From Patescibacteria group bacterium (GTDB lineage: Bacteria; Patescibacteriota; Minisyncoccia; Phycocordibacterales; JACOZG01): 64,000 nt of DNA. Location: the NCBI GenBank assembly GCA_034658935.1, contig JAYEGE010000001.1:46295-110294 (forward strand), written 5' to 3'. The position numbers and the translations under genes are program-made. Under the pieces are notes generated by a model. The model did no database searches, was not told where the DNA came from, and saw nothing but the letters and a program-made list of their open reading frames with translations. Positions 20,763 to 29,491 of this stretch are shown piece after piece (position 1 is the first letter of the stretch; the number at the start of each line of letters is the position of its first letter).

Positions 20763-21188
20763 GTGACACAAACTGATAACCTGGGTAAGTATATTGAAAC
20801 CTATATGACGAAGAAGAAACTCCAATTAAAGAAACTTATAATAGATGTCCGAGTGGAGAAACTAGACAGAGCCATCTCTTTCTATCGCGATGTATTAGGT
20901 CTAACAATAATTACAAAAGCTGATGTGTGGGCATCCTTTGAGGCTCAGGGAGCAGAGATACATTTGTACGCCCAAGGAGGTGTCGATACTGGTTTTGAGT
21001 TTAGAGTGGCAGATATTGAGGTGGCAGTCGATGTGCTCAGGGGTCGTGATGTTAATTTCTATACCGACAAGAAGGCTCCAAACCTTCAAAAAATAACAGA
21101 TGAAGTAATAATGCACTTCCCCTGGGGAAAGGCAGTGTTCTTCAAGGATACAGAGGGTAATGAGCTGGCTTTGGTTGAAGACATTTAA
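20763..21188 (+). CDS. VOC/glyoxalase-bleomycin resistance family protein
   Basis: 141 aa. ISFYRDVLGLTII...AEIHLY and a C-terminal second beta-alpha-beta-beta-beta module, typical of the glyoxalase-like fold. Confidence 0.65.
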   Translation: MTQTDNLGKYIETYMTKKKLQLKKLIIDVRVEKLDRAISFYRDVLGLTIITKADVWASFEAQGAEIHLYAQGGVDTGFEFRVADIEVAVDVLRGRDVNFYTDKKAPNLQKITDEVIMHFPWGKAVFFKDTEGNELALVEDI

Positions 21189-21615
21189 CTACAAGTAGAC
21201 TGAAGCCTATATCAAGGATTTTAACAAATCACTCCCCCTCGCTTAGGCATGATATAATCCACGATATGAATACACCAAAAAAGATTCCAAGTGTTGTTTT
21301 TAAGACCCACACCCATAATAAAAATGTCTGCGGGGGTGGCCCCTTTGCCTGGGTCAATGTCTCGACAGACGAAATTTTCAAAAACAAGATGAGGTAGAAG
21401 AACTAATCTGGGTGGGCAAAGAGCGGCTTCTGGAAGAGGTCGGGCAAAACCCAAATAAGTACATCCCATCCATGCCCGGGATTCTAAATCTACTGTACAG
21501 CAATTAAACTAAGCCACGCTAAGATTGTGAAAACAACTGTCAAGGTCCGACCTTGACATAGGTTGGGGTAGCAAAGAGCCCTTGGTGCACCCGCTCGCCC
21601 GCAAGCACTGAGCTC

Positions 21616-21624
21616 TGCTATAAT
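21616..21624 (+). promoter_or_regulatory. Extended -10 element TGCTATAAT, 8 nt upstream of the SET-domain gene start (leaderless or near-leaderless mRNA)
   Basis: Read directly. No SD between the -10 and the ATG at 21633. The same 9-mer recurs at 32111-32119 and 62098-62106. Confidence 0.4.
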
Positions 21625-21632
21625 AATCGTTC

Positions 21633-22034
21633 ATGAAAAAGAAAAAGCTTAAATTGAAGGTTGGGCGCAGTCGGGGCGGAGCGGGGCTAGGGTTATTTGC
21701 CACCGAGCCCATAAAACGAGGGCAATTTGTCATTGAGTACACGGGGGAAAAAATTAGTAGCGAGGAAGCTGATAAGCGTGGCGGCAAATACCTATTTGAT
21801 GTTTCTAAAGACCTAGTCCTTGATGCCAAAGACAGGAAACATTTGGCCCGCTATATTAATCATTCCTGTAAACCTAATTGCTATGCCGAGCGAGACGTAG
21901 AAGAAGGGAGAGTGAGTATTTATGCCCGACGGAAAATCGAGCCCGGCGAGGAGCTATCTTATAATTACGGCAAAGACTATTGGGAGGGCTATATTGGGGC
22001 CAAGAATTGCCGTTGTGAGAAATGCGCTAATTAA
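21633..22034 (+). CDS. SET-domain protein (putative lysine methyltransferase)
   Basis: 133 aa. GLGLFATEPIKRGQFVIEYTGE, NHSCKPNC, EELSYNYG, and post-SET Cys cluster CRCEKC. Confidence 0.8.
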   Translation: MKKKKLKLKVGRSRGGAGLGLFATEPIKRGQFVIEYTGEKISSEEADKRGGKYLFDVSKDLVLDAKDRKHLARYINHSCKPNCYAERDVEEGRVSIYARRKIEPGEELSYNYGKDYWEGYIGAKNCRCEKCAN

Positions 22035-22042
22035 TAAAGACA

Positions 22043-22076
22043 CCCCCTGATTCGCGATAGCGAATCAGGGGGTTTT
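22043..22076 (+). terminator. Rho-independent terminator after the SET-domain gene
   Basis: ccccctgattcgc-gata-gcgaatcaggggg followed by TTTT. Confidence 0.65.
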
Positions 22077-22294
22077 GGCAACCAGAATATGAGTATGACT
22101 AACCGAGTATGAACGGGTATTCTGGAAGAATGATGAAGAGGTTGCCTATCGCTAGACTGACCTTAGACGCATCCAGGAACGCCCAAGACCAAAACAACGC
22201 CAATACTTAGGAGACAGAGTAGCTTACGCATTCCGAACCTCCTTTCTATTGGGGTGAATGGAGTAAGGAACTCACCGAGGATATTATACCACCC

Positions 22295-23326
22295 CTAGGC
22301 ACATAACCTAACCAGGGCCAACTCGAGAGGCAATTGCGGCAGGCAGGCCTTGCCCAATTCGTCGTAGGTGGCCAAGAGCTCTTTCAATATTTGCGACAAG
22401 GCAGAGGATCTCTCGTGATGGGCATATTGCTCTATTTTGCCCCGAACCTCTGGCCCGAAACTGGACATCATTCCCTGAGCCAATTCCGGCGCCAAGCGGG
22501 ATAATAGGATTAGACGAAGATTTTTTAAAACTAATTTGAGAAATACCTGGGGGTTACCGTTATTTTTAACCAAAGATTCAATAGTTTGGAAGCCAGTTTC
22601 AGTATCTTGATCTAGGATGCTAGCAATGAAATTATCGACTAGTAGGGCTGGCGGAGCGCCAGTGACAGACTCTACTTCAGACAGGGTAATCTCCTTACTG
22701 CCCGGCGTAGCACTTAGCACTTGTTGCAGTTTGCCAGCCGCATCGCGGAAGGAACCATCGGCCATTAGAGCCAAGAGCTCGGCCGCCTCACCGTCAACTT
22801 TAATCTTCTCACCCTTGGCCACTCGTTCAATAAAAATCTTTAGGTCCTCAAGCGAGGGCGTCTGAAAAGTAAGTGACTGACAACGCGAAATGATAGTATC
22901 GAGCACCTTATGGAGTTCAGTAGTGGCTAGAATAAATATGACATGGGCCGGCGGCTCTTCTAAGGTCTTAAGGAGGGCATTGAAGGCATCCTTAGTAAGC
23001 ATGTGAACTTCATCAATAATGTAGACCTTATAGGGCGAGTCAAAGGGCATGGTCCGCACAGCTTCGCGGAGCTCACGAATCTCATCAATGCCACGATTAG
23101 AGGCACCGTCTATCTCATACAAATCATTGGGAGAGCAACCGATCTCCTTAGCAAAGATCCTAGCAATGCTAGTCTTGCCAGTACCTCGGGTACCAGCAAG
23201 CAAATAGGCATGGGCGATATTCTCTTGACCAATTGAGCCTTGGAGTACCTTAACCACCGCCTCCTGGCCGATAATCTCAGCAAAGGTGGCGGGGCGATAT
23301 TTGCGATAGAGAGCTAGAGAAGACAT
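22295..23326 (-). CDS. dnaX: DNA polymerase III subunit gamma/tau (short form)
   Basis: 343 aa. YRPATFAEIIGQEAVVKVL, Walker A GTRGTGKTS, DEVHML, and sensor-2 region. Confidence 0.85.
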   Translation of the reverse strand: MSSLALYRKYRPATFAEIIGQEAVVKVLQGSIGQENIAHAYLLAGTRGTGKTSIARIFAKEIGCSPNDLYEIDGASNRGIDEIRELREAVRTMPFDSPYKVYIIDEVHMLTKDAFNALLKTLEEPPAHVIFILATTELHKVLDTIISRCQSLTFQTPSLEDLKIFIERVAKGEKIKVDGEAAELLALMADGSFRDAAGKLQQVLSATPGSKEITLSEVESVTGAPPALLVDNFIASILDQDTETGFQTIESLVKNNGNPQVFLKLVLKNLRLILLSRLAPELAQGMMSSFGPEVRGKIEQYAHHERSSALSQILKELLATYDELGKACLPQLPLELALVRLCA

Positions 23327-23562
23327 GGGGACATTGTATACGGACTGGCTAAATTAAAAAAGGCCCACCTCCCTCGCCAAAAAGGGGGTGGGCCATCGCT
23401 ACGTGGAAGCGAGAGCGCCGAGACAAGCCCCAAGGAGAGGGCTCAGCTGCCGCACGAACCCGTCGTCAACCAAAAAGGAAAGGGGCGCCCCCGCTCCACA
23501 CGTTCCCAGATCTGCTACCTATCATATACCCACCCCACCAAAAAGTCACGCAAATAAAAAAA

Positions 23563-23612
23563 GCCCCCCAACTCATGCCGCTTCAGGCAGTCTTGTTGGG
23601 GGGCATTTTTTT
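23563..23612. terminator. Bidirectional terminator-like hairpin (gccccccaac...gttggggggc) flanked by A7 and T8 runs; on the minus strand it lies about 90 nt after the dus stop
   Basis: 10-bp GC stem with a 20-nt loop; poly-A upstream and poly-T downstream on the plus strand. Confidence 0.5.
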
Positions 23613-23700
23613 GTCAAGATGACTTCCGCTAGTAGTATAGCATACACATATATTTTGTCAGATGTTTCGCAATCACCTGCTTTCGACCGGCCGAATACTC

Positions 23701-24777
23701 CTACTTTTGGCCCCGGATTAGCTCCTCCGCTTCAGCTGCCATTTTGACTTGCATCAACTTCTCACGGAGCTCGGCGGCCCCAGGCCAACCCACCACATAA
23801 GCCTTATAATGCTTCTTCATAATAGCGAAACTCTTATGGCCACCCAATAATTTCTCAAATAACCTAGTGTGCTCGAGCATAACGCATAATTTTTCCTTAG
23901 ACGAAGGTTGGTGCCGCTCGAGAGGCGAAGGCCGGTATTGCAGAGAAAGGCCGTCTCGGAGCGCGACAGCATAAGAGCCAGGAAGATTTTCAGTAGAAAA
24001 TACTTCCGTGGCCTTTCGAGCAATACCGGCCTTCGCCGACCTAAGTCCCGCAAATAACCACGGGTTTCCAAAAATTGCTCGGCCGAGCATTATGCCATCT
24101 GCCCCCGTCTCCATCGCCTTCTGACTAGCATCGGCCAAATCTACCACGTCACCATTGCCAATTATTAAAGTCTTACTCTTCAATTTATCCCGCAGCTTTA
24201 CAGCATCGGCAACCCGCCCCCAACGGGCCGACACCTTAGACATCTCTTTGCGGGTTCGAGCATGGATAGTTACTGCCGCCGGCTCTTCAGCTAATAACTC
24301 TGGCAACCATTTTTCTAATTGGTCCTGGTTATAACCCAAGCGAGTCTTAATAGAGATCGGTAAGTTCCCCGCCCCCTGCTTAGCCGCCCGCATAATCTCC
24401 CGAGCCAAACTCGGATCTCTCATTAGGGCCGCCCCCGCTCCCTGTTTCTCGATGCCCCTATCGGGGCATCCCATATTGATATCGATTCCATCGAAGTCAA
24501 GCTCGGCGCAAAGTCTAGTCGCCGCCGCCATTTTTTCTGGATGAGAAGTGAAAAGCTGGGCCACAATAGGCCGCTCACTCTCATCATAAATTAAATCCTT
24601 AAGTAGACGCGCCCGCCCTTCTGGATGGACCAGGCCGTCAGCTGAAACAAATTCTGTCCAAAGCACATCCGGCTTCCCGTACTTAGCAATCACCCGCCTA
24701 AAAGCCGCATCAGTGACATCGGCCATCGGCGCCAAAACAAAAAAGGGTTTAACTAAGCGCTGCCAAAAATTAGACAT
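23701..24777 (-). CDS. dus: tRNA-dihydrouridine synthase
   Basis: 358 aa. LAPMADVTD, IDINMGCP, and TIM-barrel motifs plus a C-terminal helical domain (GWPGAAELREKL). Carries the in-frame hairpin element 23932-24029. Confidence 0.85.
   Translation of the reverse strand: MSNFWQRLVKPFFVLAPMADVTDAAFRRVIAKYGKPDVLWTEFVSADGLVHPEGRARLLKDLIYDESERPIVAQLFTSHPEKMAAATRLCAELDFDGIDINMGCPDRGIEKQGAGAALMRDPSLAREIMRAAKQGAGNLPISIKTRLGYNQDQLEKWLPELLAEEPAAVTIHARTRKEMSKVSARWGRVADAVKLRDKLKSKTLIIGNGDVVDLADASQKAMETGADGIMLGRAIFGNPWLFAGLRSAKAGIARKATEVFSTENLPGSYAVALRDGLSLQYRPSPLERHQPSSKEKLCVMLEHTRLFEKLLGGHKSFAIMKKHYKAYVVGWPGAAELREKLMQVKMAAEAEELIRGQK
23932..24029. repeat. MITE-like long imperfect hairpin element, family C copy A, embedded in-frame in dus
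   Basis: Terminal inverted repeats ccggtattgc/gcaataccgg, inner gaaaggcc/ggcctttc, and central ggaag..attttc..gaaaat..cttcc. About 85% identical to 32229-32328. Confidence 0.7.
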
Positions 24778-24818
24778 AGGGTCCCATCATAATTAAAACC
24801 TTGCCTCATGTCTATAAA

Positions 24819-26042
24819 TTACCCCGCCGTCAATTCACGCAACTTTTCTAAAGTCCTATCGCCAACATATCCAGTACTACTGATTTGATGCTGTACCTGA
24901 AAGGCCTTAACCGCCGCCCGGACACATGGCCCGAAATTACCATTAATTGGACACTCATTGAAAGACCGACCATTTGGAGGATAGAGCCCAGATCGTTGCA
25001 AAACTTTCTGAAGGGCCAAAACAGAGCGCTTGCCCCTAAGGCCCTCGCTCAAATGCTCTTCTATGGGGTAGGGCAAGAGTAGAGTGTCATTGGCAACAAC
25101 CTCGGGATCAAAATATTGTTTCAACCCTTGATAGGTTTGCCAAGCTAATTCATCCAATAGAGCATCTCTGGTTTCTGGGTACTGCCAGGCTGATTCGTAA
25201 ATATAACCATACTCGATAAGCAAAGCCGCCCCACGACGCGAAGCATTGGCGCCAATAGCGATCAACTCCTGGTCTTCTATTATGCCCCCATCCTCCATAG
25301 GTAAATCACTTACAGCGACCGTCTGCTCGAGCTGGCGGCCGATCGACTCCGCCAAAGCCAAACTGGCGGCCGCATTTGGATACTGCTTCTCAGGAGCGTA
25401 GATAGCAAAACCGGTATAATGACCCACCTGGCTAGATCTACGCCTGGGGTAATCATTAAAATGGAGGTGGAGAGTTAGATCATGTTGTTTGTCGTTGGCC
25501 CATTTATTAATGCCATAGAGACGGAAGGAGACTTCTGAGGGAGCAAAATTATGATGAACTTGTTCCGCCGGTGTACTCACCCGGCCGCTCTCAAGTAGGC
25601 GATTAAAGTCATTCTGCAAGTCACGACGGAAGGCAATAATATGTTGTCCCCCAACTTCAAAGGTGCGCTTAAGGGCTGGCAGATACTCACCGTCATCAAA
25701 TTCTCTGGCCGTGTAGACGCGGAAATGAGGGTCTTTGTCTATGAATTTGAAAAGCTTTTCTGCTAAAAGCAAATTTAGGTCCGCCTCTTTGATGCCACGG
25801 AACTCAGCACCGCCGTACTCATTGTCGTGCCCAGGCACCAACAAAATTTTCAATTGTTTGCGGCGATAATCTTGTTTAAGGCCAGAAACAGTCACCGTAT
25901 CGGGATAAACCCAGCTAACCATCTGGGTTAAATTGCGCCAAGAATTAGACCGGTCCGAGCCCAGCCACCAGGTGACAGCGACCAACAAGACAAGAAGGAC
26001 CAATACTAAATAACAACGTTTAGAAACTCGGTTGAAAGCCAT
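24819..26042 (-). CDS. N-acetylmuramoyl-L-alanine amidase (Amidase_3-like) with C-terminal peptidoglycan-binding domain
   Basis: 407 aa. N-terminal TM; KILLVPGHDNEYGGAEFRGIKEADLNLLLAEKL resembles the Amidase_3 start; the C-terminal LQKVLQRSGLY...VKAFQVQHQISSTGYVGDRTLEKL resembles a PG_binding_1 domain. Confidence 0.55.
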   Translation of the reverse strand: MAFNRVSKRCYLVLVLLVLLVAVTWWLGSDRSNSWRNLTQMVSWVYPDTVTVSGLKQDYRRKQLKILLVPGHDNEYGGAEFRGIKEADLNLLLAEKLFKFIDKDPHFRVYTAREFDDGEYLPALKRTFEVGGQHIIAFRRDLQNDFNRLLESGRVSTPAEQVHHNFAPSEVSFRLYGINKWANDKQHDLTLHLHFNDYPRRRSSQVGHYTGFAIYAPEKQYPNAAASLALAESIGRQLEQTVAVSDLPMEDGGIIEDQELIAIGANASRRGAALLIEYGYIYESAWQYPETRDALLDELAWQTYQGLKQYFDPEVVANDTLLLPYPIEEHLSEGLRGKRSVLALQKVLQRSGLYPPNGRSFNECPINGNFGPCVRAAVKAFQVQHQISSTGYVGDRTLEKLRELTAG

Positions 26043-27057
26043 GATTTAAATTAATTGCTCGAGTATTGGCAGTAGCAACCACACCGTTGTCTAGACTGAC
26101 GTAGAGCACCAGACCTCGCATAGTTTCTTCTGAAAAATTTTGGTCAAAAATAAAATTACCTAAGCTATAAGCAATCAGGCCATTACGATAATACTCCAGC
26201 CCTTGGGTAACGTGAGGATGGTGACCAATCACGATCTTCGCCCCCCTATCTATTGCTAAGCGAGCCAGCTCTCGCTGCCTCAGAGAGGGTTCAGTCTGAT
26301 ACTCCTCACCAAAATGGAAAGAAACAACAAGAACATCCACCTCCCTGGCCGCTTGCCCTATTAGATCGGCTAGACTCGGATCGCTGGCTAATATGATGCC
26401 GGGCCGATCATCGCCAGCAGCTAACCATTTGGGGCCAACATCAGTAGCCGACAAAAAGCCGAGCTTATAGCCGCCTCGTTCCAATACCTTAACTGAGGTA
26501 GCATCTTGGTAATCAAACCCGCCGCCCGTCGCCACTAGACCCAACTTTCTTAGTCTCTCTAGAGTATCAACGAAAGCCACTGCCCCCCAATCACCAGCAT
26601 GGTTATTGGCCACTGACAAAACGTCAAAGCCGGCCCCCTTGATGGCGTCCAGAGCTGCCGGTTCCATCCGGAAGGAATAACGCCCCCCACGATCTTTTCC
26701 CTTATTCGACACCGGACCCTCCAAGTTGCCGAAGCTAAGATCAGCCATCGCCAAATCGCCAACTTCTTCGAATAACCAACCATAATCGCCGCCACGAGCC
26801 CTAACCTGCCCAGCCACCCCTCGATCCAACATCATATCTCCCACAAAGATGAGTTGGAGGAGTTCCGATTCGGGCACAGGAGCTGGAGTAGGTTGATTCT
26901 TGAAAGTAATAACAGCGGCGAGTCCAGGGTCGTTATAATAAACTTGAGACTGAGGAGCGGAGTATTGCCAGAGACGAGTCGCCCCGGGGACCAAGACTGC
27001 CATTAGTAAAACGCCAAAGGCAGCAGAGAGACTACTAGCTAACCAATAATTTTTCAT
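26020..27057 (-). CDS. CapA/PgsA-family metallophosphoesterase (poly-gamma-glutamate capsule biosynthesis-like)
   Basis: 345 aa. LIFVGDMML, ADLSFGNLEGP, ANNHAGDWG, and HHPHV motifs. Confidence 0.75.
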   Translation of the reverse strand: MKNYWLASSLSAAFGVLLMAVLVPGATRLWQYSAPQSQVYYNDPGLAAVITFKNQPTPAPVPESELLQLIFVGDMMLDRGVAGQVRARGGDYGWLFEEVGDLAMADLSFGNLEGPVSNKGKDRGGRYSFRMEPAALDAIKGAGFDVLSVANNHAGDWGAVAFVDTLERLRKLGLVATGGGFDYQDATSVKVLERGGYKLGFLSATDVGPKWLAAGDDRPGIILASDPSLADLIGQAAREVDVLVVSFHFGEEYQTEPSLRQRELARLAIDRGAKIVIGHHPHVTQGLEYYRNGLIAYSLGNFIFDQNFSEETMRGLVLYVSLDNGVVATANTRAINLNHGFQPSF

Positions 27058-29489
27058 ATCAGTGATTTTATCTTACCATCTTGAAACAACAATCTATCGC
27101 CTGTTTTTAATTCACCGCTGATCAACTGGTCAGCCACCGTCTGTTCGACTCGCTCTTGGATGAAGCGGCTCATCGGTCGAGCACCAAATTGCTTATTATA
27201 ACCACCCGTCGCCACCAATTCGACCAACTCATCATTAAGCACTAATTCCAATCCTCGATCACGTAATCTTTTAACTAATTTATTCAATAGGAGGTGCGCT
27301 ACTTGGCGCAGGGCATCCTGCTCAAGAGGACGGAAAACTACCAAGCCATCAAAACGATTGAGCAGTTCTGGTTTAAATAGGCGTTCGCTTACTAAGTGAT
27401 TGATCAACTCGTTCTTCAGATTACCTGGATCATCATTACTAGCAGTCGCTGACCAAATCAACTCAGCCCCAGCATTGGAGGTAGCAATAAAGACTAGATT
27501 ACGAGCATTAATCCGCTTCCCGGTGGCATCAGAAAATAATCCTTCGTCAAAGATCTGGAGAAAAAGATTAATGGCGTCATGATTCATTTTCTCAAATTCA
27601 TCTAAAAGCAAGACGCCGTAAGGATGCTCACGAACCAAATTGGCTAAGATCCCCGGCTGGTCGCTATCGAAAGAGCCGATTAGGCGCTCCAAGGCGTCTG
27701 GTCCCTGGAACTCTGACATATCAAGGCGCAGAAGGTCCCCCGGCCGGCCAAAGAGCACCGCCACCAAGGACTTAGCCGTCTCTGTCTTACCCACACCAGT
27801 TGGACCCAAGAAGAGGAAGGAGCCGGCCGGCCGCTTAGGATTACGAACCCCCGCTCGATTACGTTTAATGGCACTAGCCACTAATTTAAGTGCCTCTCCT
27901 TGACCGATCACCCTCCGGCCCAATTCTGCCTCTAGATTAGTTAGGGTTTCCCGCTCCTCGACAGTTACCTCTCCCAGAGGGATCCCTGTTTTCTGTTCAA
28001 CATGATCCCAAACTAATTGTTGAGTAATTAATCTTTGCCCACTCTTAAGAGCGATGGGGATAAGGCCCACTAAGAGATCGGCCGCCTGGTCAGACACCGC
28101 CTCACCCTGCAAATAACGCTCCGAGGCCGTGACCACCTCCTTCAGCGCCCCATAGGTGAAGGTGACCCGATGACGTGCTTCAAGACCAATGACCTGATCT
28201 TGAAGCGCCTGGAGGAGTACAGCCGGGTCGACCTCGGCCAACATTAACCGTTCGAAGCGTCTGATCAATGCTGTCCGTGGCTCTAGCACTTGGTGGAACT
28301 CGCCAGTATCAGCCAAGGCAATCATCGGCAAATGTTCAACCGAGAGGAAGGGGTCGAGTAGGCCAGCCAGATTAACACCGTATTGATCGGCCGACCGGGC
28401 TAGGGCAGCGAAATTATCAATTACCAAAATTACGTTGCCGGCATCCCGGGCGTCTTCAAGTAAGTGAAGCAGGGCACTCTCTAAAGTTTTCTCATCGCTT
28501 GTCCTAGATAATAGCAGGGTAGTGTTCAGAAGCATCAAGCGGCGCGAGAGAAGAGACGAGGGCGCCTTCTGACCGTTAATTTCTCGTGCCAATTGCCAGA
28601 TAAGCTCCATCTTGCCCTGCCCAGCCTCACCAATAATGAGAGCATTGGACTCCTTCGAGCGCAGAAGAGCAGTCTCTAGGCGGTCTAATTCTGGCAATCG
28701 GGGTCTGGCTAGAGCCAACGGTGAGGGCCAGGCAGCCTGATCAACTAATAGGTTATGGCTGAAGCGCTCAAGAAAATAACCGACTCCATAGGACCAATCC
28801 GCACCCAAACGGGGCCGGCGGCGCAAACTATCCCAGGCCCACCACCGCTCGGTGATGGCCTGCAACTCAATTTCTCTAACCACCCAATCAGCAATCGCCA
28901 GAAAATCGGCCGGTTTTATATTATGGCGGAAGAGGAAGGAACTGAACCCACTGTCGGCTGAAAGTAGAGTATCGACCACTGGCCTCAATTTTAAAATCTC
29001 CTTGGACCGATCAGCTAGATTAAGCTCGATTATCTCTCGGCGCTCAGACAAATAAGCTTGCCATTCGGCCGGCTTAATCCCCGCCCGCCGCATCATCCGC
29101 TTACCAGTCTGGCTGGCCAAGAAACCAGCGAGGAAATCTTTTCGCTTGGTCGCCCAATAGAGTATACGCCCAACAGTAAAAGTAAACCTGGCTTCTAGGC
29201 CGTATTCATTAATGATAATGCTACCGTAATAATGGGAACGGAAATAAGCTTCAATTAGAGAAACGACTAGCACCAACACTAGATAGAGCAAAGCCAGGCC
29301 AATCACTAAAGGCAGATTAATTACCGCCCCCGACCACCAATATAGCCCAGCGACAAACAGACCCAATAGAAGAATAACCTGGCTAAAACGGAGTGACACT
29401 AAGCGCGCTCGGCGAGAAAACCAATCCTCTAAAACTAAAACTGGGTAGAGCGAGCTGGCTTTAATGATGTTGCGGTAGGGCCGATTCAT
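27054..29489 (-). CDS. Membrane-anchored Clp/Hsp100-like AAA+ ATPase (degenerate D1, intact D2)
   Basis: D2: VIGQGEALKLVASAIKRNRAGVRNPKRPAGSFLFLGPTGVGKTETAKSL, LLLDEFEKMNHDAINLFLQIFDEG, and sensor RPEL(LNR). N-terminal ~200 aa hold several TM helices. The central region has an atypical P-loop GEAGQGKM. The ORF track start at 29684 looks like a spurious extension; the Met at 29487-29489 (MNRPYRN) immediately follows the stop of the upstream 128-aa gene. Confidence 0.65.
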   Translation of the reverse strand: MNRPYRNIIKASSLYPVLVLEDWFSRRARLVSLRFSQVILLLGLFVAGLYWWSGAVINLPLVIGLALLYLVLVLVVSLIEAYFRSHYYGSIIINEYGLEARFTFTVGRILYWATKRKDFLAGFLASQTGKRMMRRAGIKPAEWQAYLSERREIIELNLADRSKEILKLRPVVDTLLSADSGFSSFLFRHNIKPADFLAIADWVVREIELQAITERWWAWDSLRRRPRLGADWSYGVGYFLERFSHNLLVDQAAWPSPLALARPRLPELDRLETALLRSKESNALIIGEAGQGKMELIWQLAREINGQKAPSSLLSRRLMLLNTTLLLSRTSDEKTLESALLHLLEDARDAGNVILVIDNFAALARSADQYGVNLAGLLDPFLSVEHLPMIALADTGEFHQVLEPRTALIRRFERLMLAEVDPAVLLQALQDQVIGLEARHRVTFTYGALKEVVTASERYLQGEAVSDQAADLLVGLIPIALKSGQRLITQQLVWDHVEQKTGIPLGEVTVEERETLTNLEAELGRRVIGQGEALKLVASAIKRNRAGVRNPKRPAGSFLFLGPTGVGKTETAKSLVAVLFGRPGDLLRLDMSEFQGPDALERLIGSFDSDQPGILANLVREHPYGVLLLDEFEKMNHDAINLFLQIFDEGLFSDATGKRINARNLVFIATSNAGAELIWSATASNDDPGNLKNELINHLVSERLFKPELLNRFDGLVVFRPLEQDALRQVAHLLLNKLVKRLRDRGLELVLNDELVELVATGGYNKQFGARPMSRFIQERVEQTVADQLISGELKTGDRLLFQDGKIKSLI

Positions 29490-29491
29490 AC

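Noticed and set aside
23388-23747. 119-aa Pro/Ala-rich plus-strand ORF
   Set aside because: It is a translation of a GC-rich intergenic region containing terminator hairpins. It has no RBS and no recognisable domain, and it overlaps the dus 3' end.
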